From Candidatus Hydrogenedentota bacterium (lineage in GTDB: Bacteria > Hydrogenedentota > Hydrogenedentia > Hydrogenedentales > SLHB01), in the NCBI GenBank assembly GCA_963668025.2, contig CAXXTH010000010.1:1056001-1120000 (forward strand): DNA of 64,000 bases, read 5' to 3'. Below are positions 50,481-59,547 of this stretch, one piece after another. How positions within the stretch are numbered: the first letter of the stretch is position 1; every line of letters begins with the position of its first letter. The notes beneath the pieces are model-generated. The model was not told the origin of the DNA. It worked only from the letters and a program-made list of their open reading frames with translations, and made no database searches. A program made the translations under genes and the position numbers.

Positions 50481-51548
50481 ATGAGTGAAGTCCAGAAGCG
50501 AATGGGCCTCAAAGATATCGCGAAGGCATGTGGCCTCAGCGTGGGGACGGTGTCTAAAGTGCTGAACGGCCAAGCCGAGCAGTACGCCATCTCCGCGAGC
50601 ACGCGCGATTGGGTGATTTCCATGGCCAAGAGAATGAATTACCGGAAAAACCTCGGTGCGCGTGCCCTGCGGACTGGTTTGTACCAAACGATCATGGCCT
50701 CTTTCCCTATGCAGGCTACTAGCCGTATCGCCCGTAATAATCAGCAGGTGGATGTCCTTGGTTTCAACAAATCCCTTTTGGAAACATATCACGTTTTCGA
50801 AGGAAAATGTTTTAGCGATTGGAAAATGGCAGTTGGATTCAGGAACGAGAGCAAAAAACCGGATCCCGCGGATCTCGCCATGCCATACGATGGCATTCTC
50901 TACTTCATGCCTTCGAAGCACTTCCCGCAGCACGTTTGGCTGGCTAGAACGGATATCCCCATGGTCATCATTGGAGAGCCTAGTGATGATGGCCTAGAGG
51001 CTACGTTTGTTGATGTCAATAATGAACACGCGGGCTACGAGCTTACCAAGCATTTGAAAGGCATTGGGCGCTCAAACCTTGTCTTTCTAGGGGATAAGGC
51101 TTCAAAGAGGAGCTATCTATTCCGCAATCAACGCATTGCCGGCGTGGAACGGGCTGCTGGGGAGTTTGGCCTGAACTTGAGTAAGGTGCTGGAGTCAGGC
51201 CTCACGGCCGCTTCAGGTGAAGAGGCTTGCGAGAAGTTATTGCGCGATCGGATCCCTTGTGACGGGATTGTCGCCGAGAGCGGCGATATGGCATACGGGT
51301 GCCTTAAGAAGCTCAAGGAGCAAAGCCTTCATGTCCCAAACGATATCGCCATCGTCACTTTCGATACCAGCCTTTATACGATTCTGTGCGAGCCCCAGAT
51401 CACCACATGGGATTATCCGCATGACGAAGTGTGCCTGAGGGCCGCGCAACAACTCATCGCTCGTATGAAAGATCCTGATCTCCCTCACGAGGTTATCCGC
51501 TTCGAGGGGAAACTTCTATTGGGCGGGTCGACGGCCACTTCAGAGTGA
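50481..51548 (+). CDS. LacI-family transcriptional regulator
   Basis: LKDIAKACGLSVGTVSKVLNG, YRKNLGARALRTG, VPNDIAIVTFD and PQITT. Confidence 0.92.
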   Translation: MSEVQKRMGLKDIAKACGLSVGTVSKVLNGQAEQYAISASTRDWVISMAKRMNYRKNLGARALRTGLYQTIMASFPMQATSRIARNNQQVDVLGFNKSLLETYHVFEGKCFSDWKMAVGFRNESKKPDPADLAMPYDGILYFMPSKHFPQHVWLARTDIPMVIIGEPSDDGLEATFVDVNNEHAGYELTKHLKGIGRSNLVFLGDKASKRSYLFRNQRIAGVERAAGEFGLNLSKVLESGLTAASGEEACEKLLRDRIPCDGIVAESGDMAYGCLKKLKEQSLHVPNDIAIVTFDTSLYTILCEPQITTWDYPHDEVCLRAAQQLIARMKDPDLPHEVIRFEGKLLLGGSTATSE

Positions 51549-51656
51549 AGGATTAATTAACTAATACATGAGTAAATAAAAAATAATAATATATATGAGG
51601 GAAGAAATAACATGCATAAGCAAAACAAACAGGAAATTTACATGAGGAGAGGAACC

Positions 51657-52712
51657 ATGAGATCTAAAGGATTTACTCTTATCGAACTACTGGTCGTTAT
51701 CGCCATCATTGCCATTCTTGCCGCTATTCTATTGCCAGCACTGGCCCGCGCGCGAGAGGCTGCAAGGAGGGCGTCGTGCGCCAGCAACCTCAAGCAGTTT
51801 GGCATCGTGTTCAAAATGTATGCCAATGAATCAAAAGGAGGGCGCTTTCCCTCGCACGGGGACTATGTCGTACATTCATGGACTACGGCGGTTCTATCGT
51901 TTGCGGGCGAGAAGCTCTATCCCGACTATTTGAATGACCTCAATATTGCTATCTGTCCATCGGATTCACGAGGAGATTATTTCGGAAATATCTTTAATGT
52001 GGAGGACGACTTCGCCCAGCAAATCGCCGATATCGCTTCCGATCCCGATATCGGGAATGCCTATTGTTTGAACCTTATGCTGTCGATGCCCGTCTCGTAT
52101 TGCTATATAGCCCACGCGGCGCGCACGCCCTCTCAATTGCTGGATATCCAGAGCGGTTACAATTTGGTGATGGATAAAGGCCCTGCGTATTGGAGTGGAT
52201 GGCCCACTGCTCCTACAACAGCATACACTGAACTAAAAAAGCAGGGCTGTGAATTTACTACAAGTGTAGCAGTAAAAAACATCGAGGAATGCCCATGGAT
52301 CAAGGGCGATATGTCCACTCCTTTCTTTGGCCCTTCGGGCTGGGGCACCGATGATGATGGAAGCAAGCTTCCGGCTACGTATCCAGCCATGCGCGAAGGG
52401 GTGGAGCGTTTCTTTATCACCGATATTAACAATCCTGCTGCCGGCGCCACCGGCCAAAGCACCTTGCCTGTCATGTTTGACGCATGGACGGTTAACGATG
52501 GTCTGTGGGCAGAATACTACGCGGATAAAGGAGTGGAGAAGTTCAACCATCTTCCTGGTGGTTCCAATGTGTTGTACATGGATGGGCATGTGGCATTCGT
52601 TCGATACAAGAGCGCCTTCCCAGTAGCCAATTCGGATCAAATCGGAGGGGTGGACGGCGCCCTCGGCGACGCCTTTTCCTACTGGGCCGCCATGATGGGC
52701 GGCTTTGGCTGA
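51657..52712 (+). CDS. Prepilin-type DUF1559 / H-X9-DG protein (paralog 4)
   Basis: MRSKG|[36 protein letters not shown] and [17 protein letters not shown]. Confidence 0.92.
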   Translation: MRSKGFTLIELLVVIAIIAILAAILLPALARAREAARRASCASNLKQFGIVFKMYANESKGGRFPSHGDYVVHSWTTAVLSFAGEKLYPDYLNDLNIAICPSDSRGDYFGNIFNVEDDFAQQIADIASDPDIGNAYCLNLMLSMPVSYCYIAHAARTPSQLLDIQSGYNLVMDKGPAYWSGWPTAPTTAYTELKKQGCEFTTSVAVKNIEECPWIKGDMSTPFFGPSGWGTDDDGSKLPATYPAMREGVERFFITDINNPAAGATGQSTLPVMFDAWTVNDGLWAEYYADKGVEKFNHLPGGSNVLYMDGHVAFVRYKSAFPVANSDQIGGVDGALGDAFSYWAAMMGGFG

Positions 52713-52799
52713 GCATTATCGGAAGAAATGATCCGCGAGGGGTTGGCGCTAACTAGAGACGGTAATGCAGAACATACCGGATTGAGAGGAATCAAGAAT

Positions 52800-54158
52800 A
52801 TGGATGGGCTGAATGTCACAGTGGGTTTCACGGGCATATGGTTTAAGAACTTCTGGGGTTTCCGCCCGGAACTGTATGAAGAGAGAAAGACCGAGTTGGA
52901 AGCTTGGAGTTTGCGGCATGGCATCAACAGCCATCTCTCTTCCGGGCCCTTCCAGAATGCCGAAGAGGCGGTACTGGCTGCCAGAAAACTCAACGAATAC
53001 GCCGATGCGGTTCTACTGGATGTTGCAACATTCCCCGAAGGGAAAGCCGCGCAGGCCTTTGCGGAAACGTTATCGATTCCCTGCATTCTATGGAGCCGGC
53101 CCGAAACGAAGCACCAAACGCATCTCGGCCACAACAGCTTCTGTGGCGCCAACTTCATCAATTCAAACCTAGCCCTGCGGGGAATCCAAGTACGCCAGAT
53201 ATTCGGGGCTCTAGATTCTCCGGAGAACACGGCACGCCTGCGGACGGCCCTTCGTCTCATCGGAGCGGCCAAAGCTGTTCGCGGGGCCACCATAGCCTTG
53301 CTCGGTGAAGGCATTGTGCCCAAGTTCCACGATATTGATGTCACCGGGCAGAACCGTGAGGCGTTGAAGCAACGCTGGGGGATCACGTACGCCGACGTTC
53401 CCGTGGCGCATCTCCTTACCACGGCAAAGAGCCTGGAGCATGCTGAGGTCACAGAGAGAATGAAATCCTTCTCTATGGTTTTTCACGACTCTTCCCGCCA
53501 CGATTCGGAGCAACTGGAGCGCTTGGCACGGCTTGCGCTGGCCGTACGGCGTTTGGCTGACCATGAAGGATATGCGGCCGCGGCCGTTCGCTGTTGGCCG
53601 GAACTCCAGTCCATGTACGGCATCTACCCATGCGCTGCGGTCGCCATGCTGAACCAATTGGGATTGCCTTGCGCATGTGAAGGCGATCCCGGAGGAGCCC
53701 TGGATATGCTCCTTCTTTCTCAGTTGATGGGCAGCCCGTCAACGTTGTTGGACGTGGTTGACTGGCACGATGATCGCGAGTCTATGACTATCTGGCATTG
53801 CGGGCCCACAGCCCCGGAATGGGCGGACGAAAAAGGAACACGCCTGGTGGGGCACTGTGTCTATGGTTCTAAGGATGACGGTGGACCAGCACAAGGCCCG
53901 CTGGGTAACGCGGATATGGCCTTCAAGGCCGGACCTGTCACGCTACTCCGTACCCTGGGGGGGCTAGACGACGAGTTCATCATTGAGGGCGAGCTTGTTC
54001 CGCCTGGGGAACGGGACATAACCGGATCCTGCGGCGTTGTGGAACAGATGCAATCCTACGCAAGGCCCGTTACTGGGGCCGCCGTCCGGCACGAGATCAT
54101 GTCTCGCCGCCTGCCTCATCATTTTACTGCCGTTCGAGGGCATCTTTCACGAACGTAA
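52800..54158 (+). CDS. L-fucose/L-arabinose isomerase-family protein
   Basis: NSFCG, AVRCWPELQ, ACEGD, IWHCG and LPHHF. RBS GAGAGGA. Confidence 0.82.
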   Translation: MDGLNVTVGFTGIWFKNFWGFRPELYEERKTELEAWSLRHGINSHLSSGPFQNAEEAVLAARKLNEYADAVLLDVATFPEGKAAQAFAETLSIPCILWSRPETKHQTHLGHNSFCGANFINSNLALRGIQVRQIFGALDSPENTARLRTALRLIGAAKAVRGATIALLGEGIVPKFHDIDVTGQNREALKQRWGITYADVPVAHLLTTAKSLEHAEVTERMKSFSMVFHDSSRHDSEQLERLARLALAVRRLADHEGYAAAAVRCWPELQSMYGIYPCAAVAMLNQLGLPCACEGDPGGALDMLLLSQLMGSPSTLLDVVDWHDDRESMTIWHCGPTAPEWADEKGTRLVGHCVYGSKDDGGPAQGPLGNADMAFKAGPVTLLRTLGGLDDEFIIEGELVPPGERDITGSCGVVEQMQSYARPVTGAAVRHEIMSRRLPHHFTAVRGHLSRT

Positions 54159-54239
54159 GCAGGACCACACCAACGAACACGAAACTGCAGAACTCCTCCT
54201 CCTCATCCTCCTACGTTTCGGGCATATGTCCAGATATAA

Positions 54240-54282
54240 AACGAATAGGCGAGTTTCCGGATAGGAGACTCGCCTATTCGTT
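54240..54282 (+). terminator. Long hairpin (terminator or end of an element)
   Basis: 15-bp perfect IR AACGAATAGGCGAGT / ACTCGCCTATTCGTT. Confidence 0.55.
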
Positions 54283-54318
54283 GCGTTCTGTCGTGCTCAA
54301 CCCACAGGAAGCAATACC

Positions 54319-54590
54319 ATGGATAAACGTAGCATGAGCATCCGAGATGCGCAATCCCAACGGATGGCGATGAAGCGGCAAAGTGCCCGCATGCTCACCG
54401 AGGCGATGGTTGGGGCGGGGCTATCGAAATGTGAAGTACAAGCACTGGTCAATTGTGTCGAGAAGCTGCATTTCTCGGCTCCGGAACTGGCCCCGGTGCG
54501 CGATGGCCAGATGCGGTACAGTTGCGTGCGGAGTGATGAAAGGCCGGAAAAGCCACTTTCGGAATGCCGGAGGATTTCGGTAACGTTGAC
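54319..54590 (+). pseudogene. Truncated DUF1670-like gene fragment
   Basis: GLSKCEVQALV...VRDGQMRYSCV...PEKPLSECRRISVTLT resembles the DUF1670 protein N-terminal half. It is cut at 54590, exactly where the duplicated segment begins. Confidence 0.5.
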
Positions 54591-54955
54591 CTTTTGTGGT
54601 GAAACTGTTCATGGGCGTAGTTCCTATCTCCAGTAGCTTTCGATGCGTCAAAGACATTGTCCGGAAAGATGTTTCGACCATCGTGATCGAAGGAAAGGCA
54701 GACGAACGCATCGAAGTGCCGCGTAAAGTCGATTTCCTCAAAAAATGATGCGAGCGAGACTGGAAGCCGTTTTTTTATGGGATCCACGCTTTCACGGCAT
54801 TTCCTGTGGCGTGAATGCCATGATTTATACATTAGTTTACCATAAAGTGACATAATATTTCATGTGAATCAGGCATTATGTTCGATTACGCAAAGTGGTT
54901 GACGTTATATGATATAAAGTGATATTATATGTTAAAAGTAAGGCGGATTTTGCCA
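54590..54955 (+). repeat. Segmental duplication copy B (of 36741-37112) including a promoter
   Basis: Carries an orphan 3' end of the 35664-36899 gene (..IEVPRKVDFLKK*), TTGACG (54899) and TATTAT (54923). Confidence 0.92.
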
Positions 54956-54970
54956 GTTGAAAGGAGGTTC

Positions 54971-55972
54971 ATGGTGGTTCCTACGAACACCACAATCGAT
55001 GTGAACATGGCACAGGGCGCGGCATGGGAATTACAGCCCTTCGAGCAGCTCAATATGGAGATCCGGGCGAAGTTCTGTTTGTTGAAAACTCAATATCCGG
55101 AACGGCTTGCCCGCCGGATTGATTTGTCTTGGAGCAACTGGATGTTCGGGCGGGAGAGTCTCCAAACATCCGTGCAGCGCCTCGCAAGGGCGGGCGTCTC
55201 CTTTATCGAGTTGCATGGCAATCATTATGGGCCAGGCCAAGGGTATGAGCCAAAAGAGACCATCCAAATTCTGTCGGAGCATGGCGTCGCCGTGTCCGGC
55301 ATTTGTGGGATGTTCTCCATGGAAAATGATCTTTCGAGTCCTTCCCCACAGGTGCGCCAGAACGCAATCGACTATATCGAGCGCGAGCTGGAGTTCGGTG
55401 AAGCCGTTAAAGCCGGATATTTATTGGTTGTGCCCGGCGCAGTGGGCAGGCCCAATGCATACGATGAGGGCGAATTCGCGCGTTCCACCTCTGCTCTTCG
55501 GGAGATTGGAGATGTTTTTGTATCTCATGGCGTCAAGGGAGCCATCGAGCCTATCCGTTCAGCGGAGGTGAGCTTCTGCCACACCATAGCGGAAGCCAAG
55601 CGATACATCGAGGCCGTGGGGCATCCAGGTGTGCAGCACATTAACGGCGACCTTTACCATATGCAGAGCGAGGAAAGCCACATCGGGCAGGCGATTCTGG
55701 ATGCGGGCGGCCATCTGCTCAATCTGCATGCGGCCGACAGCAATCGATGCGCCTTGGGCGATGGATTCATGGACCTTGATACTGTTATCATGGCCCTCTA
55801 CATTATTGGATACAACAGGCCGGGGTGCTTCTTGACTCCAGAACCGCTTGGGCCTGGCGGCGATCCATATCCCGCCATGCATGCCGGGCATGATCCAGCA
55901 AAACTGGATGAACTCGTTCAGAGGTCAGTGAATCACTTCCGCCATCGTGAAGCGCTAGTGCTGCAAATGTGA
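54971..55972 (+). CDS. Sugar phosphate isomerase/epimerase (xylose-isomerase-like TIM barrel, ketose 3-epimerase-like)
   Basis: IELHG, AIEPIRSAE, NGDLYHMQSEE, LHAADSNR and TPEPLGP. RBS AAGGAGG. Confidence 0.87.
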   Translation: MVVPTNTTIDVNMAQGAAWELQPFEQLNMEIRAKFCLLKTQYPERLARRIDLSWSNWMFGRESLQTSVQRLARAGVSFIELHGNHYGPGQGYEPKETIQILSEHGVAVSGICGMFSMENDLSSPSPQVRQNAIDYIERELEFGEAVKAGYLLVVPGAVGRPNAYDEGEFARSTSALREIGDVFVSHGVKGAIEPIRSAEVSFCHTIAEAKRYIEAVGHPGVQHINGDLYHMQSEESHIGQAILDAGGHLLNLHAADSNRCALGDGFMDLDTVIMALYIIGYNRPGCFLTPEPLGPGGDPYPAMHAGHDPAKLDELVQRSVNHFRHREALVLQM

Positions 55973-56032
55973 GCGGCTTTAATAGTAAAAATATCCCATG
56001 GCGTAATAGATAGATGTTTTAAGGTAGCCAAT

Positions 56033-58519
56033 TTGATGCAGCAGAAATCCTGTTTTTTACTTGCGGACATTCATAAGCGCTTTGGAGGAGTGCCCGCGCT
56101 TCAGGGAGCGCGGCTTGAGATTCGGAGTGGGGAAGTGCATGGCCTTGTGGGCGAGAACGGGGCCGGCAAGAGCACGCTGATCAATATCGCTACAGGCCTG
56201 TTTCGTCCGGATTCTGGAACGATATCCATGGATGGACAGCCTGTGGCCTTCACTACGCCGCGCCAAGCCGCCGCGCATGGCGTCGCCGTAGTGCATCAAG
56301 AAGCGGATTTGTTCGCGGAGCTCAGCGTCGCGGAGAATATGCTGTTGTCCCGGGGCCTTGTTCGAGGCGGATCGGGCTTGATCCGTTGGCCAGCCACGTA
56401 TAAAGAGGCCGAACGCGAAGTAGCGGCGCTGGGTGAGCGGTTCAATGTCCGGGCATCGGCGGGTGATCTTTCCGTGGCGCGCCGGATGATGGCGGAGATT
56501 GCCGCGGCGGTATCGGAAAACGCACGCGTGTTGTTCCTGGATGAGCCCACCGCTTCGCTGACGCAAAAAGAAATAGAAAACCTGTTCGCTCACATCCGAA
56601 GGCTCCGCGAGAGCGGCGTCGGCATCGTATATGTTAGCCATCGCCTGGAGGAAATACTCGATATTTGCGACCGTATTACGGTGATGCGGGACGGCAAACC
56701 GGTTGCCTGCGCGCCGGTTTCGGAATGGACGATGGATAGCATGGTCTCGGCGATGGTGGGGCGAGCGGCGTCGGGATTCTCCCCCAAAACGGCCGTGCCG
56801 CCCGGCGACACACGGCTCGCGATTGAAGGGGCGGCTTCTGCCAAGGGGCGGTTCCATGACATCGCGCTGAGCGTGCGGGCTGGAGAAATTGTAGGGCTGT
56901 ATGGATTTGTTGGCGCGGGCCGCAGTGAGTTGGGACAGGCCCTTTTCGGCTTGCATCCAATGAATGCAGGCAAAATCCGTATTGATGGGCGTGAAGCCGC
57001 CATTCGTTCCCCTCGAGACGCGCTTGCCCACGGGATCGCCTATCTGCCCGAAGACCGGCTGGTTCAGGGGATTTTCCAAACCCACTCGCTGCGAACGAAT
57101 GCGAGCATCGCCTGTCTGCGCCGCTTATCGACGTGCGGCTGGATACATGCGGAACGCGAATCGAGCCTTGCGGAACGCGTCATTAATGAAATGAATGTGC
57201 GTGCTGAAACGATGGAACAGCCTATCGAGACGCTCAGCGGGGGCAATCAGCAAAAGGTGGTGTTCGGACGCTGGCAAGCGGTGTCGCCTAAGGTGCTGAT
57301 TTTGGATGAACCGACCCGGGGCGTGGATGTAGGTGCGAAGGCTGAGATCCATAAGCTCATCAGCAATATGGCGGGCGGAGGAGCGGCAGTGCTCCTGATC
57401 AGTTCCGAGTTGCCCGAGATCATGGCTATGAGCGATAGGGTCGCCACCATTTCCGAGGGCCGCCTTACAGGCATCTTTACACCGAGCGTCCATGGGGAAA
57501 AAGCCATCGCCGCCGCCGCCGTGCCCAAAGCGGGCGGCAATGGAAATGCCGTGAAGCCGTCACGGAGCCAGTTCATGCGGCTGTTGCAATTCCGCGAAGG
57601 GGGCCTTCTTGCCTTTATTCTGGCTCTTGCCGCCGTTATGGCCGTGCTGAAGCCCGCGGAATTTGCGAATGCGACAAACCTTTTCGATATCCTCGCCAGC
57701 GCCGCATTGCCCGCTATCGTTGCACAGGGGATGATGCTTATCATCTGCGCTGGGGGGATTGACATTTCCGTGGGCTCGATGCTGGGCTTGGTGGCGGCAG
57801 TGGCGGCGCTGGCGGCCAAGGGAGGCGTTCCCGTCCCGGCGTGTCTTGCGCTGGCCGTGGTGAGTGGTGTGGCGCTGAGCATGCTCAATGCCGCTACATC
57901 CCTGGTGGCGCGCATCCACCCGATCATCGTGACACTGGCGGGATTAAGCATATACCGGGGCCTGATGCGTATCGTGACCGGCGGTAGCGAAGTGATGCAA
58001 TTGCCCCCAGGATACCGGGCCGTGGCGGACGGGCGGTTGTTCGGGCTGCCGAAGATTTGTTATTTCGTAGTTATAATTACCATTGTGGTCCATATTTTTC
58101 TGCGGTATACGCTGTGGGGGCGGCGCGTGCTGGCGCTTGGCAATTCCGAAAAGGCCGCCCGCCTGATCGGCCTGTCCAAGGTGCGGCTCACCATGCTCGT
58201 GTTTGGGATCTCGGGGGCGCTGGTCGGTTTGGCGTCCGTATTGACGCCTGCCTATTACGGGACGGTTCAAGCCAATACCGGCGAAGGCATGGAGCTCCAG
58301 GCCATCGCAGCGGCGGTCATCGGCGGCACCAGTATTCTGGGCGGGCGGGGCTCGGCGCTCGGCACCTTGTTAGGTGCGTTTCTCGTGGCGCTGCTGTACA
58401 ACATCCTGATCTTGCTGGAGGCAAGCTCGTATTGGCAGAGCACGTTCATGGGCCTTCTGATCCTGGCCGCTTTGTTGATGGATATGCTCGTGCAGCGTGC
58501 GCGAAGGAGGCAGCTATGA
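56033..58519 (+). CDS. Sugar ABC transporter: ATP-binding protein fused to permease
   Basis: GENGAGKST, LDEPT, SHRLEE, LSGGNQQK, DEPTRGVDVGAK and ISSELPE, then in the same frame the permease motifs GIDISVGS and ELQAIAAAVIGGTSILGGRG. Confidence 0.9.
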   Translation: MMQQKSCFLLADIHKRFGGVPALQGARLEIRSGEVHGLVGENGAGKSTLINIATGLFRPDSGTISMDGQPVAFTTPRQAAAHGVAVVHQEADLFAELSVAENMLLSRGLVRGGSGLIRWPATYKEAEREVAALGERFNVRASAGDLSVARRMMAEIAAAVSENARVLFLDEPTASLTQKEIENLFAHIRRLRESGVGIVYVSHRLEEILDICDRITVMRDGKPVACAPVSEWTMDSMVSAMVGRAASGFSPKTAVPPGDTRLAIEGAASAKGRFHDIALSVRAGEIVGLYGFVGAGRSELGQALFGLHPMNAGKIRIDGREAAIRSPRDALAHGIAYLPEDRLVQGIFQTHSLRTNASIACLRRLSTCGWIHAERESSLAERVINEMNVRAETMEQPIETLSGGNQQKVVFGRWQAVSPKVLILDEPTRGVDVGAKAEIHKLISNMAGGGAAVLLISSELPEIMAMSDRVATISEGRLTGIFTPSVHGEKAIAAAAVPKAGGNGNAVKPSRSQFMRLLQFREGGLLAFILALAAVMAVLKPAEFANATNLFDILASAALPAIVAQGMMLIICAGGIDISVGSMLGLVAAVAALAAKGGVPVPACLALAVVSGVALSMLNAATSLVARIHPIIVTLAGLSIYRGLMRIVTGGSEVMQLPPGYRAVADGRLFGLPKICYFVVIITIVVHIFLRYTLWGRRVLALGNSEKAARLIGLSKVRLTMLVFGISGALVGLASVLTPAYYGTVQANTGEGMELQAIAAAVIGGTSILGGRGSALGTLLGAFLVALLYNILILLEASSYWQSTFMGLLILAALLMDMLVQRARRRQL

Positions 58520-59547
58520 ATAGCCCATCCTATGCGCTCCGGGTGTTGCGCCAAATGCTGTTATCGCGGGAAATGGCTTTGTTTGGCCTTCTTGCGGTGT
58601 TGTTTATAGGTTTCGCCTTGTTCGTCGAGGGCTTTCTGGATGCATACAACCTGTTCGAGCGGAGCCGCTACTGGGTGATTCCGGGCTTGGTAGCCATTCC
58701 GATGACCTTTGTTATTGCGACATCCGGCATTGACCTTTCGGTGGGCTCGATTGTGGCCATGTGCAGCATGGCGTTGGGCCTGCTGTATAATGACGCGCAT
58801 TGGCCGATTGCCGCCGCGGCCTTGGCGGCTGTGCTGGCGGGATTTGGAGCAGGCGCTTTCAACGGCGTAGCGAGCAGTTATCTGCGCATTCCGCCATTGG
58901 TGGCGACGCTTGCGACGATGGCCTTGTTCCGGGGCGTTGCCATGGGATTCAGCCAGGCGCGCTCGATCAGCAATTTCCCCGATGCGTTCCAGTGGCTGAG
59001 CCAAGGCGATCTCTTTGCCATTCCGATTTCTGGCGCCGGAAAGGTGTATGTGCCCGCACCCGTGCTGGCGCTCTTGCTGGCCACGGCGGCGGGATGGATC
59101 ATCTTGCGGCGTACTTGGATAGGCCGGTTTACGGAATGCATCGGAGCGAATGAGACCGCTGCCGAATTCGCCGCGGTGAATGTCCGTGGTTTGAAATGTG
59201 CGTTGTATGCCGCAATGGGAGGCGTATGCGGAATCGCGGCGCTTTTTAACACCGCACTGTATAATACGGCTAAAGCGGATGCGGCCATGGGCCTGGAACT
59301 TGAAGCCATCGCGTGCGTAGTGGTCGGAGGAACCTGTGTCAATGGCGGGCGGGGTTCCATAATAGGCTCCTTTTTGGGGCTTCTTGTGATAGGCATACTT
59401 AGATATGGTCTGGAAATGGCCGGGATGAAGTCCCAGCATGTCGTGATATTGGTTGGATTGCTGCTCATCGCAACGGCGGTATCAAACGAATGGATGGCGG
59501 GCGCTTCGCGCCGGACCTTCCGTTCACGTAAAGGAGCACACACATGA
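58516..59547 (+). CDS. Sugar ABC transporter permease
   Basis: ATG 58516 overlaps the previous stop, RBS AAGGAGG. GIDLSVGS and ELEAIACVVVGG..GGRG. Confidence 0.92.
   Translation: MNSPSYALRVLRQMLLSREMALFGLLAVLFIGFALFVEGFLDAYNLFERSRYWVIPGLVAIPMTFVIATSGIDLSVGSIVAMCSMALGLLYNDAHWPIAAAALAAVLAGFGAGAFNGVASSYLRIPPLVATLATMALFRGVAMGFSQARSISNFPDAFQWLSQGDLFAIPISGAGKVYVPAPVLALLLATAAGWIILRRTWIGRFTECIGANETAAEFAAVNVRGLKCALYAAMGGVCGIAALFNTALYNTAKADAAMGLELEAIACVVVGGTCVNGGRGSIIGSFLGLLVIGILRYGLEMAGMKSQHVVILVGLLLIATAVSNEWMAGASRRTFRSRKGAHT

Noticed and set aside
25428-52712. Diversity-generating retroelement behind pilin variability
   Set aside because: No reverse transcriptase, and no template/variable repeat pair with adenine-specific differences was seen.
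58057-58515. N-terminal extension of the 496-aa permease ORF
   Set aside because: It overlaps the upstream fusion gene in another frame. The real start is ATG 58516 with RBS AAGGAGG.
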